DNA of 64,000 nucleotides from assembly GCF_009914755.1 (NCBI RefSeq), contig NC_060943.1; one strand, written 5' to 3'. Numbering within the stretch: the first letter of the stretch is position 1; the number at the start of each line of letters is the position of its first letter. Source of the DNA: the human T2T-CHM13v2.0 reference genome, Homo sapiens. The notes under the pieces were generated by a model that was not told the origin of the DNA, searched no databases, and saw nothing but the letters and a program-made list of their open reading frames with translations. Position numbers and translations under genes: made by a program. Positions 45,030 to 59,632 of this stretch are shown here, piece after piece.

Positions 45030-45540
45030 ACTCAGCAGCCAAACACACCACCACCATTTCATCTTACTCAACGTACGTACGCATACACACGTGCACATGC
45101 ACACAAGCAGCAAAGTGACCCAGCACAGAGTGACTCAGCACATAGACACAGATGCACACACGCAGACACACAGAGACAGGCATACGCTTGGAAAAGAGGC
45201 ACACACGGACACATACAGCCATGTGCACAACAGGGGCATGCTCGGACACACATAGATAGACCCCACTGTATATGCACACACACAGATGTAGGCAGGCATG
45301 AACAGGAACACATACACACAAACACACACTAAGGCACAAGCTTAGGGGAATGTAGACACACATATACACACACATACTCAGACAGGCAAATACTTAAGAC
45401 ACACAAAAAGATCCACACCCTGATATACACACATACAGGTAAACACAGACACAGATCAATGTGTATACACAGATAGACACACACACACACACTCAGACAC
45501 AAAAATATACTCAGAGAAACACAATCAGACACACACGGAA
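45030..45540. repeat. Degenerate (CA)n-rich tract (UG-rich in PEPD pre-mRNA)
   Basis: Interspersed acacac/agacac runs over about 500 bp. Confidence 0.85.
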
Positions 45541-45925
45541 GAATCCAAAAGACAAGGTTAACAGGTTGAACCCTGGGTAATAAAATTCATATAGTTCTCA
45601 TTTTTGCCTCCATGCTGGTTAGCATTTTCTACAATGAGCATGTATTAATCGTGTAAAAGTATCAACGAAATCCCACTGGGCCTGTGAGGGTAGGCGTGCC
45701 CTGGAAGCAGAGTGTAATTTCCTGATGAGCTCTAAATGTGGGCTGGGAGATGAGAGGGCCAAAGCCCCTGTCCCAGGCCACTGGCTTCTTTCCGGGCATA
45801 TCTCACCCAAAGATGAGGCAGCCCCTCCACTCTGCTCCCTGCCAAAGGGTTGGGTCAGGTTCTCACCTCTTGAGGGTCCCTCCCCTCACCGAGAACTCCA
45901 TGGGTCACAATTAGAAAGCCAATCC

Positions 45926-46247
<322 letters not shown>

Positions 46248-49200
46248 TTAACTTGATATCCAAGTTAACAGTAACCAGAAAACCACGGTCCTCAAACCAC
46301 AGATTGGTATTTTGCTGTAATCGTCAAGTTTTAATAATGTCCCTCTACTTCCTGGGTTTTAAAATTCACATCTTCGGATATTAATATTCCTGCATTAACA
46401 ACCCCCAAATTCAGAATTTCATCTTTAACTGCTTGCTTAAATGGAATCAATTCGTTACCAATTGTCTTCAAATATGCAGGGTGATCTAAGTAAATGCCGA
46501 AAGATAAGAAATACACTTAGCCTGAATAAGTGTATTTCTTACACTGATGTAAGAAATGTAAAATACTGACCATATACAATGGCAGGAAACGGAGCCCCTG
46601 TCACTCGCTGCCCCGGCCCAGGGCTCCTGGGTACAGCTTCTGTCTGGGAGGCGACTGCCTTGTGCCAAGAAGGCACCCTCGTTAAGGCATGGAAACTTGA
46701 TGGACAGGCATCCCTCAGCTCAGGCCACCCAGCCCCTGCCAACAATCCCCCAACAGACCATCTCTCCTTCATGGTCAGTCTCCTGCTCTCAGGAAAACCT
46801 GCCCTAACGTCTACCTCCTTAGATGTTTTCAGAGATCTACCATGTCTGACTTTGCTCCCAGCCTTCAGGAGCCAAGTGTTCCAGGGAGCCTATCTTGCCA
46901 TCCGCAGGAAGAAGTCTCAAGTCTCTTGCTGCAGGGTTCCCCTCCCCATCTCAGCCCCCACTAGCCCCCAAACCAACCCCCCATCATGCCCCCGCCAGGA
47001 CCTGGCAATGAGCACCGGACCCCATGCCCACACCCACCCCTCCTGCCAGAGCCCGCAGCAAAGCCTGCTCTTCCCAAATCTTCCTTGGGACTGCTCCAAT
47101 CAAGCCACACACGGAACTGCTGCCTGGGCCGGACCCCAAACTCACAAGCCCCTACAGACCATCCCGGCCTACACCCTTCACGCTACTGTCATCACACCGA
47201 GCCACACCACTGGGTGAGCCCAGGGGCCTCAGTCCACAGGGTCTCTCTGGCCGTGTGCATGCCCACCACCCTCAGCCCACCTCTGCCCTGTCCCCTCTGC
47301 TCCTTGTCCTCTGCTGTCCCCACACCTCGAGACCCCACACACTCTTACTGCAGGCAGCAGGCGGCCTGGCCCTGATCTGGGGAGGTGGAGGGAGGTCTGA
47401 GACCAAGGCTGAGCCCAAATGGGACAGACCCCAGGCCAGGCACCCCGAGTAGCCACACCTGGAGGGGTCCTGGCCCAACCATCCAGCTGGACCAGGGTCC
47501 CAAGGGTATAGGCTGGGTGGACAGGTGGGGACCACTGTCTACCACAAGCTCCTCTTCCCTGCAGGCCAGGGGATAAGGGGAGCTGGGGGGGCCCATCAGG
47601 TCAAACCAAGAGGCCAAACCTGAACTTCTGTTAGAGGAGGAGGTCAATCGAAGCCCAAGGTGCAAGGTGCTGCAGAGACATTTAAAAGGGTCAAAAAGGA
47701 CAATGCCGGGAACAAGCAGCTTCATCAGAGCAGTGAGAGGCAACTGGGGCGGAAGCAGCTGCGTATTGGAGAGGAGGACGACAGCAAGATTCATCTTGCT
47801 TGGGAAACAGGCTATTAATATCCCAGCTAGCAGCTGGAGGTGCACCCGGCAGGCAGGGGAATGCGGTTGCTGAGCGGCAGCGGCTCTTGGGGACGTGGTC
47901 TCTGCCCAGCCCGGCACAAAAGTGCTGGCAGCCTGGGTGAGTGGAAGGCAGGGGGATGAGCTGCACCTGGACCCCAGGAATGCAGACAAGACTGTCCACA
48001 GGGAAGCGGCTGGGAGCAGCTGGAGGCAAAGGCTGGGGCCCCATGTCAAGGCCCACGGCATGCAGGGTAGGGGGCACCAGCCAGAGCTCCTGCCTCAGTG
48101 AAACAGCCCTGGTGGCAGTGAGGTGGAAGGCCCCGAGGGGAGAGACATGGGTGGATGGCCCCCTGCAGGGGACAAGGAAGGGAGGGAGGAGAACAAGCAG
48201 GCCAGAGATGGCCACGAGGGTTCTCACCCGCTGCGCATTGCAACAGCCAAGTCAGAGACTCGGCCAGCAGCCCAAGGCGTAGGTGCGGAAACTGACGCAC
48301 CAGCACCCGGGGTGGGGGGCAGTGTCTCAGCCCAGCCCCCAGCTGAGGGGCCGGGTGAGCACCCCCCAGTCAGCCCCAGCCTGGCCTGGATCAGAGATTG
48401 GAGAGGTACCAGCCCGGTGCCTGGGGAGATGGTGCAAAAGTAAGGCAGTCCCTGGCTCTCCAAAAAGTGTCCCAGTGGTGACAGGGTGGGGTGGGGAGTT
48501 TGCAGAGCACAGGCTCCTCTGGGCTCTTGGCAGGGGCCACAGGGACTGGGGGGCAACAGGTGACAGAGACTGGGATGAGAGGTCACACCTAGGAATCCTC
48601 CTGGGGGGTAGAACGAGACCTTTGCTTCCTGACACTCACTGACAGTGATGAGGGCCCTGGGGAAGCCCAGGGCCCCACCTGCCTTCCTCGGGGAACCTCA
48701 AGGAGCAGCTGGCAGAGCTCTGCTTCAGAGGCCACATCTTGAGCTCCTGGCTGGGAACCACACCCACCACACAGCTGCCAGACGTGGTCCAGGGGGGCTC
48801 AGCATTCTCTCTAGAGGAGGAGCAAGCAAAGCTCTCACCGCTGAGAAGGCCCTCGACTCACTGACATCTGGGAAACTGGGAATTGGTGATCCTGGAGCCC
48901 ACCTGGCCCACCACGCAGATGGGGAGACTGAGGCACAGAGGAGCAATGGGATTTGCTGGGGTTTGCATGCGGGCAACTGTCACTGAGCACCAGCTCTGTG
49001 CCAGGCTCCAGGTGAGCATGATCTCCTCCAGTGCCCACCACAAGCCCAGGCAGCACCAGGTTATACGTGGAGGAGCTGAGGGTCCCCCTGCTGCAGAGAC
49101 CCAAACAGAGGCCATAGAGAGGTTCCATGGCATGGTCGAGGAAAGGTGTGCAGGACACTGGAGACCCAGCACCAGGTAGTGCTGGGGGGATTCAGGGAGT

Positions 49201-50062
49201 CCCGGGACTGGGACAGGCAGCAGCTGGCTGTGCCCGTAGCCCCTCTGAGGGCCTGGGGGCCTGGGGAGAGAGAGCAGCTCCATGGCCAGCATTTCAACAA
49301 GCTGGGCTAATTGCTGCCAGGCGTGGGAGGCGGGGCCGCTTTGGGGAAACTCCCAGGAGGACACGAAGATCTGTGCAGTGAAAAAGCAAACCTACTACCC
49401 GCCCCTCCACCCGCCCCACTGCTCTTAGCATAGGGGGAGGTGGGAGGTGATACATATTCATGAGCTCATAATCCCTCATCACCCCTACATCACACACAGA
49501 GATTCCAGCAGCTTGGGCTCATACATAATTATAAGGCGGTTCCTCCATCACTGCCTTGGTCCACCAGAGGACAACAGAAGACATGGGGGCTGTAGGGGAT
49601 GCATGATAGGGGAGGGGCTGGGGATCCAGGTCCCAAAGTTGGGGCTGGGAGCTGCCCACTGTCCACGTGCAGCAGCCTCGAGCGCAGGGGCCTTGTCTGC
49701 TATGGCATCAGCCAGCAATGCAGGCCACAGACCCCCAGGGCCAGTCACCAGCCAGTCCAGGGACCCAAGCACATCCAGTGGGCAGGGCTCTCCCGCCCTC
49801 TCCAGGCTCTCCCGGGGGCTGTGGGTGAGGGGTGACAAGCAGGGGAGGGGCGTCTTTCCCTGTGCCCAAGGTCTGTCCTCCTGCCTGGAGAGAAAAGGGG
49901 AACCGCTTCCCAAGCAGGGTTTGGAGGCTCAGCCTGGCGCTTGGTTAAGAGTGAGAAGAGGTTAAAGGGATCCTGCCTGGGATTAGGACAGCAGGGGACA
50001 CAGGGGAGCTGCTGAGAGCCGGGTTGGAAGGGGTTAATGGCTGGGACTAAGAGAGGGGGCTT

Positions 50063-50404
<342 letters not shown>

Positions 50405-50712
50405 TCACAGCAGATGTTTAGAGGGAAAACAACCCACCTGTGCCTGCCCCTGCCCTTGCCCCTGCCCCTGCCCTGGCCAGGGCTGCCTGAGCACTTTCCT
50501 TATGGAGCAAACAGACACGGGGCACCTTTCCTTCAAGAAAAATCAAGGTGATTTTTGGCAAATTATGCTTCTAAACATTTCCTCAAAATGCCCAAACTCC
50601 TTAAAAAGAAGTTTGCATAGTTCATGTCTTATTTGTAGACCGGGAAAGACCTGCTAGTGAAGGTGGGAGTGGGGGATGGTGGGGAAAGAGTCCCTGGGGG
50701 CCCAGGACTCAC

Positions 50713-50774
50713 TTGCTGATGCCGTCAAAGGAGGCCTCCCTGCAGACACTGCCGCTGTCCGTGTTGACGCCACG
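50713..50774 (-). CDS. PEPD: Prolidase exon 6 (62 nt): [20 protein letters not shown](K)
   Basis: ctctctccccag|CGTGGCGTCAAC...ATCAGCAA|gtgagt; phase 0-2. Confidence 0.97.
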
Positions 50775-51231
50775 CTGGGGAGAGAGAACACAGACATGAC
50801 ACACGGGGCCGCATGGCGCCCCCACAGCCTGCACCCCTGAGGCCTCCAGCTAGGCTCAGGACAGGTAAGAACAGGATCCCCTCCTGCCTTCCCCCAACAG
50901 ATGAGCCACCCAGCCAGGTAGCTCCAGGCCCGGCCCCAACACAAGGACAGACCTCTTTGCTACCACTTGCCAAGTGGAGGAAGTGGGGGCCCCCCAAACT
51001 CTGCAGCATCCCAGCTGCACAGCAAGGCCTTCTCCATGGAGGTCAGAGCACTCTGCTGAAACCAGCCAGGCTGCCCAGGCACAGGCGAGGACCCGGGACC
51101 ACTCCCAATATAAATCTGCTCTCCCCAGCCTGGTCCATCTTCCCTCTCCTGCACACACTCCCCACTAACTGTATAACATCCGAAAGAGTCCTGTCGAACC
51201 CAGCCCTTCTGGGGAGGTGTGCAGGACCTGA

Positions 51232-51680
<449 letters not shown>

Positions 51681-51889
51681 GGGCAAGGCATTTTAAATCA
51701 CCATTTCTTTACCCAGAACTTCAGCTTGATGTCTAATTGTATATCTAAATTGAACACATTGGATCATCTATGACCATAATCATCTCACATAAGTTTCCCT
51801 TATAGCCATCAAGACAGTAAAGCAAAAAAAAGGGGCCAAGTGCTAAAGGAAATAACTATTTTGGTAAAAATCAATTAAGAAAAGAGAAA

Positions 51890-52780
<891 letters not shown>

Positions 52781-53094
52781 GACAAGAGGGAAGGGTCACT
52801 TTGGGGGGAAGGCTTGTGGACATGCCTCTTATATGAAACTCCCAAGCTCAAAGAAGTGTAAGAAAGCACACTTCTCTGAGAAATTCCAGAGAATTCTTTG
52901 GGGGCACACCACAGCTCAAGTGCCCCCAAAACCCTGCCGGCGTACCCAGAGCCCACCTCGCACCCCCCACCCTAGCCCAGGCCCTCGGTCAGTCACTGCG
53001 CCCCACACCCCTGCTACCTTGAGGGCAGACGCCCGGTGGTGTGGTTTTCAGACCCCTTTAACAGGGGAGACAGAGGGTGGGAATAAACTTTCTT

Positions 53095-53385
53095 TTTTCC
53101 TTTTTAAATTTTTTATTTTTAGTTTTCATGGGTAGATATTAGGTGTATACATTTATGGGGTACCTGAAATATTCTGATACAGGTATGCAATGTGGAATAA
53201 TCACATCAGGATACATGAGCTATCCATCACCTCAAGCATTTATCCTTTCTGTTACAATCCAATTGCACTCTTCTGGTTATTTTTAAATGTACAATAAATT
53301 ATTGTTGACTGTAGTCACCCTGTTGTGCTATCAAATACCAGATCTGATTTGTTCTACCTAGCTATATTTTGGTACCCATTAAACT
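53095..53385 (-). mobile_element. L1MA 3' end
   Basis: tatacatttatggggtac...catcacctcaagcatttatc...tgtagtcaccctgttgtgctatcaaatac. Confidence 0.85.
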
Positions 53386-53596
53386 GACTTTCTACATCCA
53401 CAAATTCCAGGAGCTCAGCCTGACACAAATACATCTTCTAGCCAGGTTTAACCTTAGGAGTGGGTGTGGGCGCCAGGCCCACATCCTCACGACAGGACAC
53501 AGCAGGTCCCAGGGAGACTCAAGGATGGGGTCCCATAAACAGCTATTCAGACTGAGCAGGTATCGCTACTTATCACTGATGACCATTCCTCTTGGT

Positions 53597-53907
<311 letters not shown>

Positions 53908-54008
53908 TAATCCTCCCCTATGGGCCCGACCTCTGCAGGAGAGGTGGCCCCCATAAAAACCCTCCCCAGAGCCAAGCACTGCCCCACCCCTGGACACCAG
54001 CCACTTAC

Positions 54009-54056
54009 CAAAGTGAGGAGGACAGAGGGCTTCTGTGACGTCAGGACGCTGGCAAT
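54009..54056 (-). CDS. PEPD: Prolidase exon 5 (48 nt): IASVLTSQKPSVLLTL
   Basis: ccttctag|ATTGCCAGCGTC...CTCACTTTG|gtaagt; phase 0-0. Confidence 0.97.
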
Positions 54057-55329
54057 CTAGAAGGTCGGAAAGAAAAACCCACTTTAGAGGCACCACTAAG
54101 CCTAATGAAGATGACATGCCACCATTCCTTCATAATGACAGTGCACATTTATCAAGCAGATCATTAGAACAGGCGACGTGGGCGCTGCCCTCACCCTGCA
54201 GGTGAAGAAACCCAGCTTCCCCTGGTTGAAGGACTTCTGAAAGCCACACAGCCATCGAGGGGCAGAGAGGATAAACCTACACCTGGCTCGCTTCCCACCG
54301 CACCGCCCTGCTTCCAGGCACCACACAGATCCCTGGCTCCAAGCAGCCAGCCCTACCCACCCTCCAAGGCCAGCCCCTCTGCCCATCTGCAAAGTCCCTG
54401 CTCAAAGACCCGTCCCCCGGGAACCCTTTAGGCTCCAGGCCTACCAGCCTCTGGTTCCTAGGGCAGAAGACTCCCTCCCTGCTCCCCATTCAACCCCTAG
54501 ACCCAAGGGAGTTGGCCTTCCCCAATCCCACCCTCTGGCCCCCACCCCACAGCCCACTCTCTGTCCCTCCACCATGACCCACTTGGACCTCCTGCCACTG
54601 CAAGCCAGTTACTTCCCGGCCCAAGCCCTTGCATCTGCATGCCGGGCCAGCTCCTCTCTCCACGCCTCTGCTCCAGCTCTTACCTCTCCCTGAGTGCCTT
54701 CTTCCCATCTTAGTGCCTCATCAATGTGCACTCAGGATGAAAGCCCCAGCCCCCTGGGCAGGTTCGTTCACTCCCTCCTCTACTGCCCCACTGACAGTCA
54801 CCATTCCCCCAGCAAAGTGCCATGTGCCAACCAGCCTGCTGGGAGCAATTTCTTCCTCTGCCAGCCCCTCCTCCTCAGTCTGGCCTGCATCTTGGCTACT
54901 GCAGACCCTCTTGTTTCTGAGCACCCCCTGGGCAGAGAACAGTCTCATCTCCACAGCCCTCGCCTCTCCCCACACCCCTATCCTAACTCTTTACACCCGA
55001 AACGCAGGGGGAGAGTGAGGAGAACTTGTTGTTGTTTTAACAGCTTGATTGAGTGATCACTGACATACTCTATGCTGCCTGTATTTAACATAGACATTTT
55101 GATAAGTTTTGACATATGTATACATATACCTTTTTTAATACTGAGATGCCTCCCAAGAAAACCTGGAACGTATTGAAAACTATAAAAAGATAAAATGCAC
55201 GTACAATCCTATCTCCAGAGACATTTTAGCTTTGCTCATAAAAACAGAGATCTGTAATGACATTTGGATCATATGAAATTACATGCTTCACTTATTTCCT
55301 GTCATTATATGTTCTTCAAACATGCAATT

Positions 55330-55570
55330 TTTAGCAGTCACTACCGCTGGGGACAGTAAACGTCCAGTAGGTCGCTGAAGACGGCCTGTGCCAGTCATCT
55401 TACACACAGCATCTCATTTAACCACACGGGGAGACAGTGCGGCAAACATGCAGGTTTCGCAAATGAGAATGGCTTACAGATTAGAGAACTTGCCTGAGTC
55501 TGGTTAAAAAATAACAGCGCAGCCCAGATTTGAACCTATGGCTGTAGAACACTCTCTTAATGGACACTAC
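55330..55570 (-). mobile_element. MIR
   Basis: atctcatttaacc...aacttgcctgag...ccagatttgaaccta. Confidence 0.6.
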
Positions 55571-55605
55571 TCATTCCTCTACGGACACTTAAATTACATC
55601 TAATA

Positions 55606-55861
55606 CACTTTGGGAGGACAGGGCAGGCAGATCACGAGGTCAGGAGATCGAGACCATCCTGGCTAAAACAGTGAAACCCCATCTCTATTAAAAATACAAA
55701 AAAAATTAGCTGGATGTGGTGGCGGGTGCCTGTAGTCCCAGCTACTCAGGAGGCTGAGGCAGGAGAATGGCATGAACCCAGGAGGCGGAGCTTGCAGTGA
55801 GCCAAGACTGCGCCACTGCACTCCAGCCTGGGCAACAGAGCAAGACTCTGTCTCAAAAAAA
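55606..55861 (+). mobile_element. AluY, 5' truncated
   Basis: 15-bp TSD aaattacatctaata (55591-55605 / 55862-55876). Confidence 0.95.
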
Positions 55862-55944
55862 AAATTACATCTAATAATTAGCAATTATAAATAACGCTGT
55901 GATGAACATCCTCGCATACAAGTATTTCCTTAAAATTAAATGCC

Positions 55945-56246
<302 letters not shown>

Positions 56247-56420
56247 TTAAAACTGTTGGGTCAAAAGCCACAGACTTTGTCAAGGTTTACCATGCTCCTG
56301 GCCCAATGATCCTCCAGACATGTATCAACAATCTCCCGGGATCCTCCCTCATGTTACTGAGTGACTGCTTGGAGAATGGCTGTGTCCTTTGGCCTCAGTG
56401 TTGCAAAAAAACAAAAGGCT

Positions 56421-56756
<336 letters not shown>

Positions 56757-59285
56757 TCAGCCCCTCCTGAAGGAAGGGGAGACTTATTAAAAGGAACAGG
56801 GGTACACATGCCGGCCCTAGGTGTGTTGTTACGTTGATGTGAATGTTCTGCATTCAGCTGCACAGAAGGAGCCCGTCAATTACAGCAGCTGAATCAGAAA
56901 GCCAGGAGGCACTTGGGGATTGTATCTGCTATCGTCTTGGGAGGGAGGAGCAGGATAACAAATGTGTGGGCTGATGGTTTTTCTCCGGGCGACGACTCTC
57001 AGGACATGCTGGTTAGGAATAATGGAGGAGGGGAGAGCAGCCGTCTCCTTGCAGCCCGGTGCTCAGACAATCCAGGCCTGACTCTGAGAGCAGGCTGTGC
57101 ATCTCCTAGTCCTGGCAGGGCAACATCTTTTATTGATCACAACTGCTTGAGTGGGCCCTGGTTACTTCTGCGGCTGCAAAAACCTCTCCCGACCTGGCAG
57201 CTCCACCCGCCCTTCCCCATGGAGACCCATTAGTGCGACGCTCTCATCAGCACACCCTGACTCCGTGCCTCAAATATTAAGGGAACACGACGCGCTGTGC
57301 GTTGCTGGCTCCCGATGTATCCCCAGCACACAAGACAGCACGGCTCTGTCAACTCAGGGCCTCGTTTCCACGGAGTGGTGGCCACTGGGGACCTCTCTCA
57401 CCCTGCGCTGTTAAATGACCCTGCCTTGCTTCATGCCAGAGCCAGCATCGATTTCTCCGGCAGCCCCCGGCCTCTCTGGCAGATGGAGCTGGATGGTCAC
57501 GGGCAGAATTCATCAGAGCCCTGTGGGTGTACATCCTCCCCTGGGGACAATCAGAGGCTTCCCACGGACACCTCCTGCACTTTCCTAACCAGGGCCCAGA
57601 CCAGGCCCGAGGGCCGCTTTTCGCAGGGTGATAAGCTGGACAAAAAAGCTGGATATGCCTTTGCCAGCGCTGGGAAAGCCTGCAAGGCTCCAGAGAGCTG
57701 GCTCTGCCCTGCAATCACTGAAGCTTTTGAAAATAAACCTTCTTTCGTGGCATTCTCCTCCAACAGTATTGCACGCTGGTGGCCTGCACTGCTTTTACAA
57801 TTTCAAATTTGTTTCTCAAATGTAAACATCAGGAAACATCACCAACAGTCTGGATGTGTGGCTACTCCTGAACAATCAGGTTCCTGGAGCCATGGGCTCG
57901 TGGTCCCACAGCACAGTGGCCCCTGCTGACCCCATCGCTTCCGATGCCTGTCCCTGTGCTGCTGCGGTTGTCCTCTTACATCTGTCCTGCCTGTAGCAGA
58001 CTTGGTGACCCTCGGACCTTCTCACATATGCCTGGCGCCATAAAGGGAAGCAAGTGCATGGAACGCACGCTTCACCTGCCAGCTCTCAGCCGGTGATCCC
58101 GCCAGCCTTTGCACAGGGCCTTCACGGCAGAGCCTCGGGGCCCCACTCAAGGTTCTGCTGAATGCCTCCTTCTCAGGGGAACTGCCTTCTCAATAAACTC
58201 AGGATCCTCTGTGGGGAGGAGGGAACCTCGGAGCCAGCTGTGCCCCATCAGACACCTGCATGGCATACATGCTATCACGTGACCAGCCATGGCATTGGAG
58301 GCCTTCCTGCCTTTTTTCAGAGGAGACAAGCGTTGGCTGTGATTTGTCACTGACAGCTAAGGCCACCCCAAGTGAGATGGGGCTGAGCACTGCAGAACCA
58401 GCCTGGGGACCCCTTCCCTGCATAAAGGGCTTCCTGTAACCTCCCATGATGCAACAGGCCCTGGGTACCTCAAGCAACCTGGGATACCTCCCAGCTCAGG
58501 GGGTTCAGTCCAGCAAGTCACACTTTTTGGCAGGCTCCCTTCAGAGCCACAGAAAATCAAAGGCACAGGGAGTCCATGTCGCCTCCACAGGAGTGTCCTA
58601 CAGCAGCCCTCCTTTCTGAGGGGAAAGGGAGGCCTGGAGGGGAGGCCCCTGGCGTCACATCCCAGTACCACTCCCCTCCAGCTGTGGGACTGTGGACGAG
58701 GCCTTTCTCTCTGAGCCTCAGCCTCATATCTATGAACGGGGTGGGGGCTACGGCCCAGCACAGTCCCTGCCCCGCTGTGTCCCTCCCGCAGCGGGAGGGC
58801 CAAGGGGCTCCAAGAGAGCTCTAGTGTTACTGGAGCCCACGTGGGCCGCCCCAGCATGAAGCGCTTGCTCTGCTGTCAACGTGAGCCTTGTTCCCAGTAA
58901 AAACAGCAGCAGTAACAGTAACATCAACACCAATCTGCAATGGCAGTGGCGTTGACGGGGTGCGGTGGGGTGCTCCCGAACCCTAAAGAGATTCTAGCCT
59001 TTGAACTCTACTGAAGCCTCGACAATCTGCTTTGTATACGAAGACGAAGAATGAGCCGGTCTCTGTGCTGTCATTCTGTGCAACCATTAACAACTTCCCT
59101 GCCCTAACACTCAAGGTGGCCTGTCTCTTACTTTGCTTAGAGACCAGTTCTCCTTCCTCACCCCCAGAAATCACAGTAGACACGGAGCTGAATTTTCCCC
59201 CAGTTATAAAGACAAAAATGTCAGACAGTGGCTGGGGAGGCTGTGGTCCAGAGGTGGCTCGGACTCAGCAGCTGAGTCCAGGGCA

Positions 59286-59632
59286 GAGGCAGGTGCCGGT
59301 CCCACCAGGGTCCTTGAGACAGGGTCCTGGAGGCAGGTGCCCATCCTGCCAGGGTCCTTGAGACAGAGTCCTGGAGGCAGGTGCCCATTCCACCAGGATC
59401 CTTGAGACAGGGTCCTGGAGACAGGTGCCCATCCCGCCACAGTCCTTGAGACAGGGTCCTGGAGGCAGGTGCCCATCCCACCAGGGTCCTCGAGACAGGG
59501 TCCTGGAGGCAGGTGCCCATGCCGCCAGAGTCCTTGAGACAGGATCCTGGAGTCAGGTGCCCGTTCCACCAGGATCCCTGAGACAGGGTCCTGGAGGCAG
59601 GTGCCCATCCCGCCAGGGTCCTTGAGACAGGG
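59286..59632. repeat. 44-bp minisatellite, about 8 copies
   Basis: Unit gaggcaggtgcccatcccgccagggtccttgagacagggtcctg starts at 59286, 59330, 59374, 59418, 59462, 59506, 59550 and 59594. Confidence 0.95.

Noticed and set aside
46331-46516. 61-aa minus-strand ORF with natural-looking composition
   Set aside because: It starts at GTG, is in a different frame from a PEPD exon 6 splice, and has no recognisable homology.
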